Below, in pieces: positions 29,842 through 39,863 of a DNA stretch of 64,000 bases. Under the pieces are notes generated by a model, which made no database searches, was not told the origin of the DNA, and worked only from the letters and a program-made list of their open reading frames with translations. Every line of letters starts with the position of its first letter. Position 1 is the first letter of the stretch. The translations under genes and the position numbers were made by a program. The stretch is from NCBI GenBank assembly GCA_965261975.1, contig CBDHEC010000057.1:96001-160000 (forward strand), in the 5' to 3' direction. The DNA comes from Alphaproteobacteria bacterium (GTDB lineage Bacteria; Pseudomonadota; Alphaproteobacteria; UBA6615).

Positions 29842-31902
29842 CTATGGCCGCATCACAAGGCTGCCTGATGCCGTACGCTCGAAGCGAGTCGCACCATCGG
29901 CCACCACCGTGGTAAACGGCGATTCAATGATCGCCGGGCCGGAATGCTCTTCTCCGGCGGCCAACTCGTTAAAATCATACACCGCGGCCTCGACCTCGCC
30001 CGTATCCGCAAAATAGACCTTGCGCGTGCCAGACGCGTCATGCCCGGCGCCGGCACCCAATCGTCCCGGGCCACCGTCGCGCAGCCCGCATCGTGCCGTT
30101 GCAGTCCAGCCGACATACTCGATCACCGAGCCCGGATCGCGGATCGCAAAGATGCGTTCGTGCATTTCGTGAAAGGCTTCTGCCAACGCATCGAGCTGGT
30201 CTTCATTCTCGACCTTGTCCATCGGTAGCGGCACCTCGATTTCCCAGACCTGCGAGGCATAACGCGCCTCGACCGCGTACTCGATCTCGCTGGAGACGGC
30301 CGATGCGCCCGGTCCGTCGATGAATTTCCGGCATTCGGCACGCAGTCCCTCGAGGACATTGTTCACCCCATCGCGATCGAATTCATCGGAGGTGGTGAAG
30401 AAGGTCGCACGGTACTCGTTGGACAGATCCGACATCAGCGCACCCGACGCGCTGAGACCCGCGCCCGTTTCGGGAATGATCAGCGTCGGGCAGCCAAGCC
30501 GTCGGGCGATAAACACGGAATTGAGCCCCGCGGCACCACCGCCCCCGATCAGCACAGATTCCGCCGGATCGATGCCCTGATCGACGGTGATGTCGGAGAT
30601 GGCCTGCACCATGTTTTCGGTTGCCACGCTGACGATCGCTGCGGCCGCATCCTCGACCGGCAACCCCAGAGGGTCGGCGACATACTCCTTGATCGCCGCC
30701 ACCGAGGCGGCGTCGTCGAGCTTCATGGAGCCGCCCAGGAAATAACTCGGATCCAGATAACCGAGCGCCACGCAGGCATCGGTCACCGTGGGCTCGATTC
30801 CGCCGGCGCCATAACACACCGGGCCCGGTACGGCGCCCGCGCTTTGCGGTCCCACATGCAGGAGACCGCCGGCATCCACCCAGGCGATCGAGCCTCCACC
30901 GGCACCGACGCTCTTGATATCGATTGACGGAAATCCGGTCATATGGCCGCGGAAGGGCTGGCCGATCCAGGTTTCCTTGGTCAGCGGAATGCGGCCATCC
31001 CGGACCAGGCTGACATCGTACGTCGTGCCACCCGTGTCTGCGATAATGACATTCGGTGCCTCGGAATCGAGCTCGGCATAGGTCCGTCCGGCGATCGGGG
31101 CCATCGACGGCCCGGAGTTGATTGCGTGGATGGGCTTGCGGGCCAGATCCAGCGCATCCAGCATGCCGCCCTGGGAGGTCAGCACGAGTGTCCTGCCCGA
31201 GAATCCGGCCTCCGACAGCCGTTCCGTCAGCCCGCCGAGATAACGGCCCATCAGCGGCTTCAGCGAGGCATCGATCGCGGTGGAAGAGGCCCGGCGATAC
31301 TCACGCAGCGCCGGATTGAGACGGTGAGACAGCGTGTAAGGCACACCGGGCAAATGCTCCTCGAGCAGCTCGGCGACCCGCAACTCATGAGCCGGGTTAT
31401 AAATCGACCATAACAGGCAAACCGCGACGGCCTCGACGTCTGCCGCTTTCAGTTTGTTCATGATCTCGAGCGCACCCGCCTCGTCGAGGGGTGTGTGGAC
31501 ATCACCGGCGCTGTTCACGCGCTCGGGCACCTCAAAGGTCAACGCGCGCGGGACATAAGGTTCGGGATAAGCCGCAACGAAATTGAAGGGCTCGATCCGC
31601 CCGCCTTCGCGCAAGACCAGGATATCCGGATGACCGGCCGTGGTCAGAAATGCCGTCCGCGCCGTGTGGCCAGTGATAATCGCGTTGATCGCATGGGTCG
31701 TGCCATGGATCAGCATCTCGCCCTGGCCAAGCATATCCGACAAGGAGATATTTCGGTCGTCAGCCGCAAGCGAGAGCGCATCGAGCACCCCCTTTACGGG
31801 GTCTGCCGGCGTCGTCGACGCCTTGTACATCGTCAACGCACCCTGGTCGTCTTCCACAATCAGATCGGTGAACGTCCCACCGGTGTCACAGGCAAACCGC
31901 AT
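29842..31902 (-). CDS. Hydantoinase A/oxoprolinase family protein
   Basis: DTGGTFTD, HGTT, SGPS, DTGGTTYD, GAGGGSIA and PTVTDA motifs. Confidence 0.92.
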   Translation of the reverse strand: MRFACDTGGTFTDLIVEDDQGALTMYKASTTPADPVKGVLDALSLAADDRNISLSDMLGQGEMLIHGTTHAINAIITGHTARTAFLTTAGHPDILVLREGGRIEPFNFVAAYPEPYVPRALTFEVPERVNSAGDVHTPLDEAGALEIMNKLKAADVEAVAVCLLWSIYNPAHELRVAELLEEHLPGVPYTLSHRLNPALREYRRASSTAIDASLKPLMGRYLGGLTERLSEAGFSGRTLVLTSQGGMLDALDLARKPIHAINSGPSMAPIAGRTYAELDSEAPNVIIADTGGTTYDVSLVRDGRIPLTKETWIGQPFRGHMTGFPSIDIKSVGAGGGSIAWVDAGGLLHVGPQSAGAVPGPVCYGAGGIEPTVTDACVALGYLDPSYFLGGSMKLDDAASVAAIKEYVADPLGLPVEDAAAAIVSVATENMVQAISDITVDQGIDPAESVLIGGGGAAGLNSVFIARRLGCPTLIIPETGAGLSASGALMSDLSNEYRATFFTTSDEFDRDGVNNVLEGLRAECRKFIDGPGASAVSSEIEYAVEARYASQVWEIEVPLPMDKVENEDQLDALAEAFHEMHERIFAIRDPGSVIEYVGWTATARCGLRDGGPGRLGAGAGHDASGTRKVYFADTGEVEAAVYDFNELAAGEEHSGPAIIESPFTTVVADGATRFERTASGSLVMRP

Positions 31903-32284
31903 GCGTAGATCCCCTCATCAAACCGTCCCCGGATATTGCATCCACCGGGCTTCGGTAGATTGTGATTTTGAAGAACCCGGTAACCAACGACAAGGCTCAG
32001 GCCACCAAAGTATCTTCAGGCCGGAGGCAAGGGTGGCGTTGTCGCACGCCATGGACGAGCCAGGGGTACGGCACCGGGCATATTTGCAACGCAGCAATGC
32101 ACCAACCATCCTCGACATGGGTTGGTTCCTCATGGGTTGGCGCCCGGCTGGCCTCGAATCATCCGCCATGCGCGACGTGTGCGGCTGACCGGCGAACCCC
32201 GAAACCTGTTGACCGCCCAAGCCTGTCAAACGATGCTTCCCATGTGATTGCCGGTCGCAAGAACCGGCCACACAGGGATGACCC

Positions 32285-33226
32285 ATGACGCTACACCCAC
32301 AGGCACAGGCCGTGCTGGACTTGTTGAATGCGGCACCAACACCGCTGAAGGACTTGTCGCCGCCCGAGGCACGCGCAGCCTACGACCGCTTTATCGTGCC
32401 CCGGAACTTCGACCCGGCCGAGATCGGACGGGTGGAGGATCGTCAAATCCCGGGCGCGGAAGGTGACATCCGCGCCCGCATCTATTGGCCCGATAAGGAT
32501 GCCACCGATCTGCCCGTCTTCGTATTCATTCACGGCGGCGGATTCGTTATCGGCAGTATCGAGAGCCGCGACCCGCAGTGCCGCCTGATCTGCCGCGATA
32601 CGCCATGCATCGTTGTGTCTCTCGACTACCGGCTCGCGCCTGAACATCCCTTCCCCGCAGCACCCGAGGATTGTTGGGCCGCCCTGCAATGGGTGAGCGA
32701 AAACGCGACGGCACTCGGCGGAGACCCGTCGCGGCTCGCTGTCGGCGGCGAAAGCGCAGGTGGGAACCTGGCGGCTGGCCTTGCGCTACGCGCCCGCGAC
32801 GCGGGTGGACCGCCGCTGTGTGCACAGATCCTGGTTTACCCGGTGACCGACATGTTCTTCGAGCAGGACCTCCCGTCCTACGCATTCCTCGACGAGGCGT
32901 ACTTCCTCACCCGCGAGCAAATGCAGTGGTACTATGCCTGCTACGCGCCGGGACGAACCGAAACCGACGACATCCTGCTGTCACCCAGCAAGGCAGAGAA
33001 CTTCGAGAACCTGCCGTTCGCCCAGATCGTTACGGCTGAATTCTGCCCGCTGCGCGATGACGGCAAACACTATGGGGAAATGCTCGCGGCGGCCGGGGTG
33101 CCTGTCGAGTACAGCTGCATGGCCGGCATGATTCACGGTTACTGGCATTACGGTAAGCTGATCGACGCCTCGAGCGAGGCACTGAAACTGTCGATCGACG
33201 CACTGCAACGCGCATTCAAACCCTAG
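32285..33226 (+). CDS. HSL-family esterase/lipase (alpha/beta hydrolase 3)
   Basis: HGGG, YRLAPEH, GESAGG and HGY motifs. Confidence 0.92.
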   Translation: MTLHPQAQAVLDLLNAAPTPLKDLSPPEARAAYDRFIVPRNFDPAEIGRVEDRQIPGAEGDIRARIYWPDKDATDLPVFVFIHGGGFVIGSIESRDPQCRLICRDTPCIVVSLDYRLAPEHPFPAAPEDCWAALQWVSENATALGGDPSRLAVGGESAGGNLAAGLALRARDAGGPPLCAQILVYPVTDMFFEQDLPSYAFLDEAYFLTREQMQWYYACYAPGRTETDDILLSPSKAENFENLPFAQIVTAEFCPLRDDGKHYGEMLAAAGVPVEYSCMAGMIHGYWHYGKLIDASSEALKLSIDALQRAFKP

Positions 33227-33239
33227 AAAGCGAAAATCC

Positions 33240-34034
33240 ATGGACGCCGACGCGATCAACCGGGCCGCCACCGCCATCGCCGAGAACCGGATAAACCGGA
33301 GCAAACTCGACACGTTACCCGCCGAATTCAGGCCGGCGGACCTGAACGACGCCTATGCCGTTCAGGAACGCCATAACGAAATCCTGGCAGCGCGCGGATT
33401 GGGCACATTGGTCGGCTACAAGATCGGCTGCACCACGCCGGTGATGCAGGCCTATATGAACATCCATGAGCCCTCCTACGGCGAAGTCTTCGATTCAACC
33501 GTCCACCACAACCACGCAGACCTCGTGTTCGCGGATTTTGTGAACCCGGGGGTCGAGACCGAGATCGCCGTCACCCTTGCCGCCGATATGCCCGCCGGGA
33601 GCGAGCCCTACACCCGCGACAGCGTACGCGATGCGGTGGGAGCGGCGATGATCTCCATCGAACTCGTCGAGGCGCGCTACCGCGACTATCGGGAACTCGA
33701 CACGCCGACCATGGCCGCAGACAATTTCTTCAACGCTGCCGTTGTCCTCGGCGAGCCGGTAACGGAGTGGCAGGGTATCGATCTCGCCGAAGCAGAAGGC
33801 ACGATCCTACTGAACGGCGAGCTGCTCGGCACCGGCCTCGGATCTCTCATCATGGGGCACCCGCTCGAGGCCCTCGCATGGCTGGCCAATCGCCTGGCCG
33901 AGCGTGGCCGCCACTTAAAGGCAGGTGAGTTCGTCACACTGGGCTCTGTGATCGCCACCCATTGGGTCTCACAGGGTGACCGTATCGATCATTCCATTCC
34001 GGGCCTCGGCTCGGTCTCCATTAAATTCGCCTAA
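33240..34034 (+). CDS. 2-keto-4-pentenoate hydratase-like (FAH superfamily) protein
   Basis: GYKIGCT, VETEIA, ADN and GHPLEALAWLAN motifs. Confidence 0.88.
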   Translation: MDADAINRAATAIAENRINRSKLDTLPAEFRPADLNDAYAVQERHNEILAARGLGTLVGYKIGCTTPVMQAYMNIHEPSYGEVFDSTVHHNHADLVFADFVNPGVETEIAVTLAADMPAGSEPYTRDSVRDAVGAAMISIELVEARYRDYRELDTPTMAADNFFNAAVVLGEPVTEWQGIDLAEAEGTILLNGELLGTGLGSLIMGHPLEALAWLANRLAERGRHLKAGEFVTLGSVIATHWVSQGDRIDHSIPGLGSVSIKFA

Positions 34035-34064
34035 GCCGCGAAGAACTCAGAAAAGAGACGTTCC

Positions 34065-35129
34065 ATGAAAAGCTACCAGCTCGTCGCCGCCAACCAGCCC
34101 CTTGAACTGGTCGAAAGTGAGACACCAGAACCGCAGGGCAGCGAGGTGTTGCTCAAGATCACCGCCTGCGGTGTGTGCCATTCGGATCTGCATTTCTGGC
34201 ACGGCTACTACGATCTCGGCGACGGCCAGAAAATGACCCTCGAGGACCGGAACATCGACCTCCCCTTCACCATGGGTCACGAGCCCGTCGGCGAAGTGGT
34301 GGCCCTCGGCCCAGACGCGCCCGGCAATGTGCAAATCGGCCAGACCTACCTGATCTTCCCGTGGCTGGGATGCGGCGACTGCGCGCGGTGCAACGAGGGG
34401 CGCGAAAATGATTGCGCGAACACGGCACCCCTGGGTGTGCGGCGACCGGGCGGCTATGCCGACCATGTGATCATCCCCGACGAGAAATATCTCGTGGATA
34501 TCGAAGGGGTCGATCCCCACTATGCCTGCACGCTCGCCTGTGCCGGCATCACATCCTACAGCGCCATCCGCAAGGCGAAGGACATCGCGGCGGACGACAA
34601 GCTGGTCATCATCGGCGCCGGCGGCGTGGGACTGACCGGTGTCGGGATCGCCGCCGACTTTATCGCGAATGAGAAGATCGTCGTCGATGTCGATGAGGAG
34701 AAACTCGCGGCCGCGCGTGAGGCGGGTGCCGACCACACGATCAACCCGCTGCGCGAAGACGCCCGGGCGGAGATTGCCAAGCTCACCGACGCCGGTGCCG
34801 GTGCCGTCGTCGACTTCGTGGCCAACACCGAGACCGCCAAGCTGGGCATCGACGTGATCCGCCGGGGCGGCAGCTACATCGCCGTCGGCCTGTATGGCGG
34901 ACGGATCGACATTCCCACGCTGGCCCTGCCGACACGGGACATCGCACTGCGCGGCTCTTATGTGGGCACCCTCAGCGAGATGCACGAGCTGATGGAACTG
35001 GTCAAAGCCGGCAAGGTGGACCCGATCCCCGTGGCTTCACGTCCCATGTCGGAAGTGACGGAAACCCTGCAGGACCTGGAGGACGGACGGATCATCGGCC
35101 GCGTGGTGGTGGTGCCGGAAGGCGCCTGA
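34065..35129 (+). CDS. Zinc-dependent alcohol dehydrogenase
   Basis: CGVCHSD, GHE, CGDCARC...C and GAGGVG motifs. Confidence 0.92.
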   Translation: MKSYQLVAANQPLELVESETPEPQGSEVLLKITACGVCHSDLHFWHGYYDLGDGQKMTLEDRNIDLPFTMGHEPVGEVVALGPDAPGNVQIGQTYLIFPWLGCGDCARCNEGRENDCANTAPLGVRRPGGYADHVIIPDEKYLVDIEGVDPHYACTLACAGITSYSAIRKAKDIAADDKLVIIGAGGVGLTGVGIAADFIANEKIVVDVDEEKLAAAREAGADHTINPLREDARAEIAKLTDAGAGAVVDFVANTETAKLGIDVIRRGGSYIAVGLYGGRIDIPTLALPTRDIALRGSYVGTLSEMHELMELVKAGKVDPIPVASRPMSEVTETLQDLEDGRIIGRVVVVPEGA

Positions 35130-35134
35130 CCGCC

Positions 35135-36130
35135 CTAGCGGGTCATTTCCGCAACGGTTCGCAAAAGCCCCGGCACCCTGGCTTCGGCCTCTTCAAGCTC
35201 CGAGGCCGGATAGGCACCGGCACGCGCGCGCGCGCCCTGCTGCAGGGCGATGATGGACCAGCGCAGATGGGCGAAGATCTCCCAGAACCGCACGCGCGCG
35301 GGGTCCGGTCTGCCCCCACCAGCGGCCATATACGCATCGTAGAACACGCTGCGATTGCCGAGCCCGCCGGCTTCGAGCGTCGGCGCATTTCCACGCCAAC
35401 ATTCCGCGCAGAACCATCCGATATCCTCATGGGGGTCACCCCAGCCTGCGAACTCCCAATCGAGGACAGCCACCAGGCGCCCATCCTCGACAAGGAAATT
35501 TCCGGTCCGGAAATCCCGGTGCACACGCCGCACAGGCCTCTCATCGGGCATGTGCGCATGCAACCAGGCGAGCCTCGCGGCAATACCATCGGCAACCGGC
35601 GCGGGGATGTCACTGATGTCGCCCATCCATGAAGACAACATCTCGACACGCGTCTTCACCGAACCCGGAGTCGCGGGAGATCCGGTATCGACCCCATGTA
35701 TCCTCGCCAGGGCCGCACCCAGATCACGCAGCAGAGCGGCGTTGTCGGGGCACCCTGTCAACTCCTCACGGCTCGCGTGACCCGGACACATGCGCGAAAC
35801 GAAGAACGGCACGGCATCGTCGCAGAACCATAGAGGTTCGGGTACCGGCACCCCGTCGGCATATACGCGGCTCAGGGTCGTGAACTCATCGGCCTTCGAG
35901 ATACTCTCGGGCAACGGCACATCGGGTCCGGCACGCAGCACATAGGCTTGCGTATCACCACCAACATCCAGGTCAATCCGCCAATTATGCTGAACCGCGC
36001 CGCCCGGCAGGAGAACTGCATCGACGACATGCGCAGACGCGACGCCGAGTTGGTCGGCGAACCAAGGCCCCAGCAAACTCACCGGCATCGGCAATGCCGG
36101 GATCGACCTTGCGTTCAGCCCGTCGGGCAC
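35135..36130 (-). CDS. Phosphotransferase (APH-like) family protein
   Basis: HRDFRTGN and LDWE motifs; GTG start overlaps the stop of the upstream acyl-CoA dehydrogenase. Confidence 0.85.
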   Translation of the reverse strand: MPDGLNARSIPALPMPVSLLGPWFADQLGVASAHVVDAVLLPGGAVQHNWRIDLDVGGDTQAYVLRAGPDVPLPESISKADEFTTLSRVYADGVPVPEPLWFCDDAVPFFVSRMCPGHASREELTGCPDNAALLRDLGAALARIHGVDTGSPATPGSVKTRVEMLSSWMGDISDIPAPVADGIAARLAWLHAHMPDERPVRRVHRDFRTGNFLVEDGRLVAVLDWEFAGWGDPHEDIGWFCAECWRGNAPTLEAGGLGNRSVFYDAYMAAGGGRPDPARVRFWEIFAHLRWSIIALQQGARARAGAYPASELEEAEARVPGLLRTVAEMTR

Positions 36131-37329
36131 TAATCCCAGCTCCAGAAGTCCATGCCCTCGTTCAGCAGATTGCGCGCAACCACCATCTTGTGCACCTCCG
36201 ACGCGCCATCGACCAGTTTTGCCTGGGGCGCGTAGCGGTACATCCATTCGAGCGGCAGGTCCTTGGAGTAACCCCGCGCGCCGTTCAACTGGATGGCGGT
36301 CGCGATCGTTTTATGGAGGATTTCCGAGACCCAGATCTTGGCCATCGAGACTTCCTTGCGGGCCTGATCGCCCGTGTCCAGCTTGGCGGCGGCACGCATG
36401 GTCATGAGGCGGCCGATCTCGATATCCATCGCCGCGTCCGCGAGCATCCACTGGACCCCTTCATGGTCGGCCAGGGTCGAGCCGAAATTCTCGCGGGTTC
36501 TGACATAGTCGAGGCATTCTTCGACGGCGCGTTTTGACATGCCGAGCCAACGCATACAGTGGGTGAGGCGCGCCACCCCCAGCCTGATCTGGACGGACTT
36601 CATCCCCTCGCCGATCTCCATCAGGCGGTTTTCATCATCGATTTCCAGCCCGTCGAAAATAACCTCGCAATGGCCGCCATGTTCCTCGGGCCCCATGATC
36701 GGAATGCGCCGCTCGATGTGCCATCCGGGTTGGTCCTTGTGGAAGAGAAAGGTGGTCAGCGCGCCGCGTTTCTCATCCGACGTTCGCGCCAGCAGGATGA
36801 AATGCTCGGCACCTTCCGCACCGGTTATGAACCATTTCCGCCCGCTGATAACCCACTTGTCGTTGCCCTTGCGCTCCGCCCGGGTCAGCATCATCGTCGG
36901 GTCCGAGCCGGAACCGGGTGCGGGCTCGGTCATGACAATCGACGAGCGGATATCGCCGTCGATGATCGGCTGCAACCAGCGATCCTTCTGGTCTTCGCGT
37001 GCCACCCGGTCGAGGAGGATCATGTTGCCGTCATCCGGTGCGGCGCAGTTGAAGACCACCGGCCCGAAACGCGAGCGCCCGGCCTCTTCGTAGAACATTG
37101 CCATACCGACGGTGTTGAGGCCCAGTCCACCACGCGATGTCGGCATCTGTGGCGCCCACAAACCCGCCGCCTTGGCCTTGGCGCGCAATGCCTGCAGCGC
37201 CGGTTCCGCAATATTCTCGTGTTCGTCGAAATTCGCCTGATCTGCTTCGACGGGCATGATCTCGTCAGCCACGAATGCGCCGACCCGTTGGCGCAGGTCT
37301 TCGAGTTCCTTGGGAAGTGAAAAATCCAC
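36130..37329 (-). CDS. Acyl-CoA dehydrogenase
   Basis: NCAAPDDGNM, MTEP.PGSGSDP, GRKWFIT and DGASEVH motifs. Confidence 0.93.
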   Translation of the reverse strand: MDFSLPKELEDLRQRVGAFVADEIMPVEADQANFDEHENIAEPALQALRAKAKAAGLWAPQMPTSRGGLGLNTVGMAMFYEEAGRSRFGPVVFNCAAPDDGNMILLDRVAREDQKDRWLQPIIDGDIRSSIVMTEPAPGSGSDPTMMLTRAERKGNDKWVISGRKWFITGAEGAEHFILLARTSDEKRGALTTFLFHKDQPGWHIERRIPIMGPEEHGGHCEVIFDGLEIDDENRLMEIGEGMKSVQIRLGVARLTHCMRWLGMSKRAVEECLDYVRTRENFGSTLADHEGVQWMLADAAMDIEIGRLMTMRAAAKLDTGDQARKEVSMAKIWVSEILHKTIATAIQLNGARGYSKDLPLEWMYRYAPQAKLVDGASEVHKMVVARNLLNEGMDFWSWD

Positions 37330-37351
37330 GTCAGGTCTCCGTTCTTAACAA

Positions 37352-38122
37352 TCAGAGGGTCGACAGGGTCAGTCCGCCGTCGACGGCGATCACCGACCCG
37401 GTGATGTAGGCCCCGGCGGGACCGGCCAGAAGCAGCAAAGCGCCATCCAGATCATCCGGTTCACCGAAGCGGCGGGTGGCGACACGGGTCTGGATCCGTT
37501 GCCCCAGTTCACTGTCGAGGAAGGCATCATTCAGTTCCGTTCGGATGTAACCGGGAGCGATTGCATTCACCAATATGCCGTGCCGCGCGACCTCCAGGGC
37601 CATCGTCTCGGTCATGGAGACCAGCCCCGCCTTCGATACACCGTAAGACTGAATACCCTTGGCGACCGTCTTCCAGCCGAGCACCGAGGCGATGTTGATA
37701 ATCCGCCCCCCCTTGCCGTGAGCCGCCATGTGGCGCCCGATCTCGCGCGCCACCAGCCAGGCGCCCTTGAGGTTGGTCCCGACGACCCGATCCCATTCCT
37801 CTTCCTCCATTTCGATGGTCAAGGCCTGGGGCGGCACGCCCGCGTTGTTGACCAGAATACTCATCTCGCCGAATTCATCCGCCGCAGCCTTTACGGCCCG
37901 CGCCACGGAATCTGCTTCAGTCACATCGAGTTCAACCGGCAGCGCGTGGCCACCGTCCTTCTCGATTTTCGAGGCGAGTTCTGCCAAACGGTCCACGCGG
38001 CGCGCGGCGATAACAACCTTCGCACCCGCCCCGGCCAGGGTCTGCGCAAAATGCTCGCCGAGCCCGCTGGACGCGCCGGTTACGAAGGCCACCTGGCCTG
38101 TCAGACTAAATCGATCACTCAT
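37352..38122 (-). CDS. SDR family oxidoreductase
   Basis: TGASSGLG, NNAG and YGVSK motifs. Confidence 0.92.
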   Translation of the reverse strand: MSDRFSLTGQVAFVTGASSGLGEHFAQTLAGAGAKVVIAARRVDRLAELASKIEKDGGHALPVELDVTEADSVARAVKAAADEFGEMSILVNNAGVPPQALTIEMEEEEWDRVVGTNLKGAWLVAREIGRHMAAHGKGGRIINIASVLGWKTVAKGIQSYGVSKAGLVSMTETMALEVARHGILVNAIAPGYIRTELNDAFLDSELGQRIQTRVATRRFGEPDDLDGALLLLAGPAGAYITGSVIAVDGGLTLSTL

Positions 38123-38216
38123 TCTTCTTCCCCCAACACCCGGCTAGGGATGATTGCTGTAGCACCATGGCGGCGGTAAGTTTGAGGCAACATTCAACCC
38201 GCCCGGACCTAAACCG

Positions 38217-39002
38217 ATGCCGACTATTCTACTGGACAAGCAAGGCCCCGTCGCCACCCTCACGCTAAACCGCCCGGAAGTCCTGAACGCGCTCAATCGT
38301 GACATGGCGCTCGAGCTCAACGCCGCCGTCGAAGACCTTTCGGGCGACGATTCGGTGCGCGCCGTCATCCTGAAAGGCTCCGGGCGCGGCTTCATGGCCG
38401 GCGGGGATGTCGCAACCTTTCACGAGAATATCGACACCATCGAAGAAACGATCGACGACCTGATCGGGCTCTACCACAAGGCCGTCCTGGGGCTATCCAG
38501 TATGCCCAAACCGGTCGTGGCCGCCTTGCACGGCCCCATTGCCGGTGCCGGGGTGGGCATGGCCTTGAACGCGGACATCGGCATCGCGGCGGACAATGCC
38601 GTCTTCACCATGGCCTATATCGGTATCGCCACAATCCCCGATGGCGGCTCCACCTACCTGCTTCCAAGAATCGTGGGGCGCCGAAAGGCCCTGGAAATGG
38701 CGATGCTCAGCGAGCCGGTCGACGCCGCCACCGCGCTCGATTTGGGCCTCATCAATAAAATCGTCGCGGCCGACGATCTGGAGGCCGAGGTGGTGAAGAT
38801 GGCCGAGCGCTTCGCCAAGGGGCCCACCACGGCCTATGCGAACACGAAGGCGCTCATCAATCACAGCCTCGAGTCCGAAAGCATGGCCGATCATCTGTCA
38901 GCCGAGCACGCCGCATTCCTGCGCTGCGCGGTGAAGGACGATTTCGCCGAGGGCGTCGCGGCCTTCGTCGAGAAGCGGCGACCCGAATTCAAGGGCGATT
39001 AG
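38217..39002 (+). CDS. Enoyl-CoA hydratase/isomerase (PaaG-like)
   Basis: LNRPEVLNA, FMAGGD, AGAG and PDGGST motifs. Confidence 0.9.
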   Translation: MPTILLDKQGPVATLTLNRPEVLNALNRDMALELNAAVEDLSGDDSVRAVILKGSGRGFMAGGDVATFHENIDTIEETIDDLIGLYHKAVLGLSSMPKPVVAALHGPIAGAGVGMALNADIGIAADNAVFTMAYIGIATIPDGGSTYLLPRIVGRRKALEMAMLSEPVDAATALDLGLINKIVAADDLEAEVVKMAERFAKGPTTAYANTKALINHSLESESMADHLSAEHAAFLRCAVKDDFAEGVAAFVEKRRPEFKGD

Positions 39003-39018
39003 CCCTGGTCGCAAGCGC

Positions 39019-39447
39019 ATGAGCGAATTCACCCGCAACGACGCCCAGCAAGTAATCGATACGGTCATGACGCCGTGGCTCGACGAGCTCGGGATGACCG
39101 TCGAGGCGCTTACGGAGAACGGGGCCGTCGTCCGCCTGCCCTGGCACGAGCGTATTTCGCGTGACGGCGGCATGGTGACCGGCCAGGCCCTCATGTCCTT
39201 TGCGGATGCCGCAATGGTCGTGGTGATTTCGTCGGCGATCGGCGGCTTTCAGAAGATGGCGACGATCGATATGACCACTTCGTTCCTCGCGGCCGCCTAC
39301 AACACCGACATCATCGCCCGCGGCGAGGTTCTGCGCCGCGGCAAGCGCATGGTCTATGGCCGCATCGACCTTGAAACGGCCGACACAGGCGAGCCCGTCG
39401 CCCTCATCCAGACGACCTGGACACTTCTGGGAGAACGCCTGGGCTAG
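39019..39447 (+). CDS. PaaI family thioesterase
   Basis: GQALMSFADAAM hot-dog fold motif. Confidence 0.85.
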   Translation: MSEFTRNDAQQVIDTVMTPWLDELGMTVEALTENGAVVRLPWHERISRDGGMVTGQALMSFADAAMVVVISSAIGGFQKMATIDMTTSFLAAAYNTDIIARGEVLRRGKRMVYGRIDLETADTGEPVALIQTTWTLLGERLG

Positions 39448-39824
39448 TCGGTCGGTCCGGCCGCCTCACGCCAGGCGGCCATGCCCCCGGCGACATGGCA
39501 GACATCCTCAAAACCCATATCGACCAGAGTCTTGGCCGCGAGTGCGGATCGCCCGCCACTGGCACAGAACAGAACCAGCCGATCCCCGCTCGAGAACACC
39601 GGGTTGTGCATCGGACTGTCCGGGTCGGCATGGAAGTCGAGAAATCCACGTGGCGTGTGAACAGAACCGGCAATCGTGCCCTGTTCGCGTTCGGCCCCTT
39701 CGCGGATATCGATGAAGGTGTACCCGGCTTCGCCGTGCACCGCGATCGCATCCTTGACCGCAACCGTTTCGATCGCAGCGTTTGCCTCGGCGAGCATCTG
39801 CTTGAATCCGCGTTTCAATGACAT
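39444..39824 (-). CDS. Rhodanese-like domain protein
   Basis: IDIRE, FCASGGRS and GGMAAW motifs. Confidence 0.88.
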   Translation of the reverse strand: MSLKRGFKQMLAEANAAIETVAVKDAIAVHGEAGYTFIDIREGAEREQGTIAGSVHTPRGFLDFHADPDSPMHNPVFSSGDRLVLFCASGGRSALAAKTLVDMGFEDVCHVAGGMAAWREAAGPTD

Positions 39825-39863
39825 CTCTATCTCCTTGTTAGGTCGCGATCGGTAAGCCGCGAC

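Noticed and set aside
31918-32288. ORFs of 108-122 aa in the hydantoinase/esterase gap
   Set aside because: Atypical composition and no motifs; more likely a divergent promoter region.
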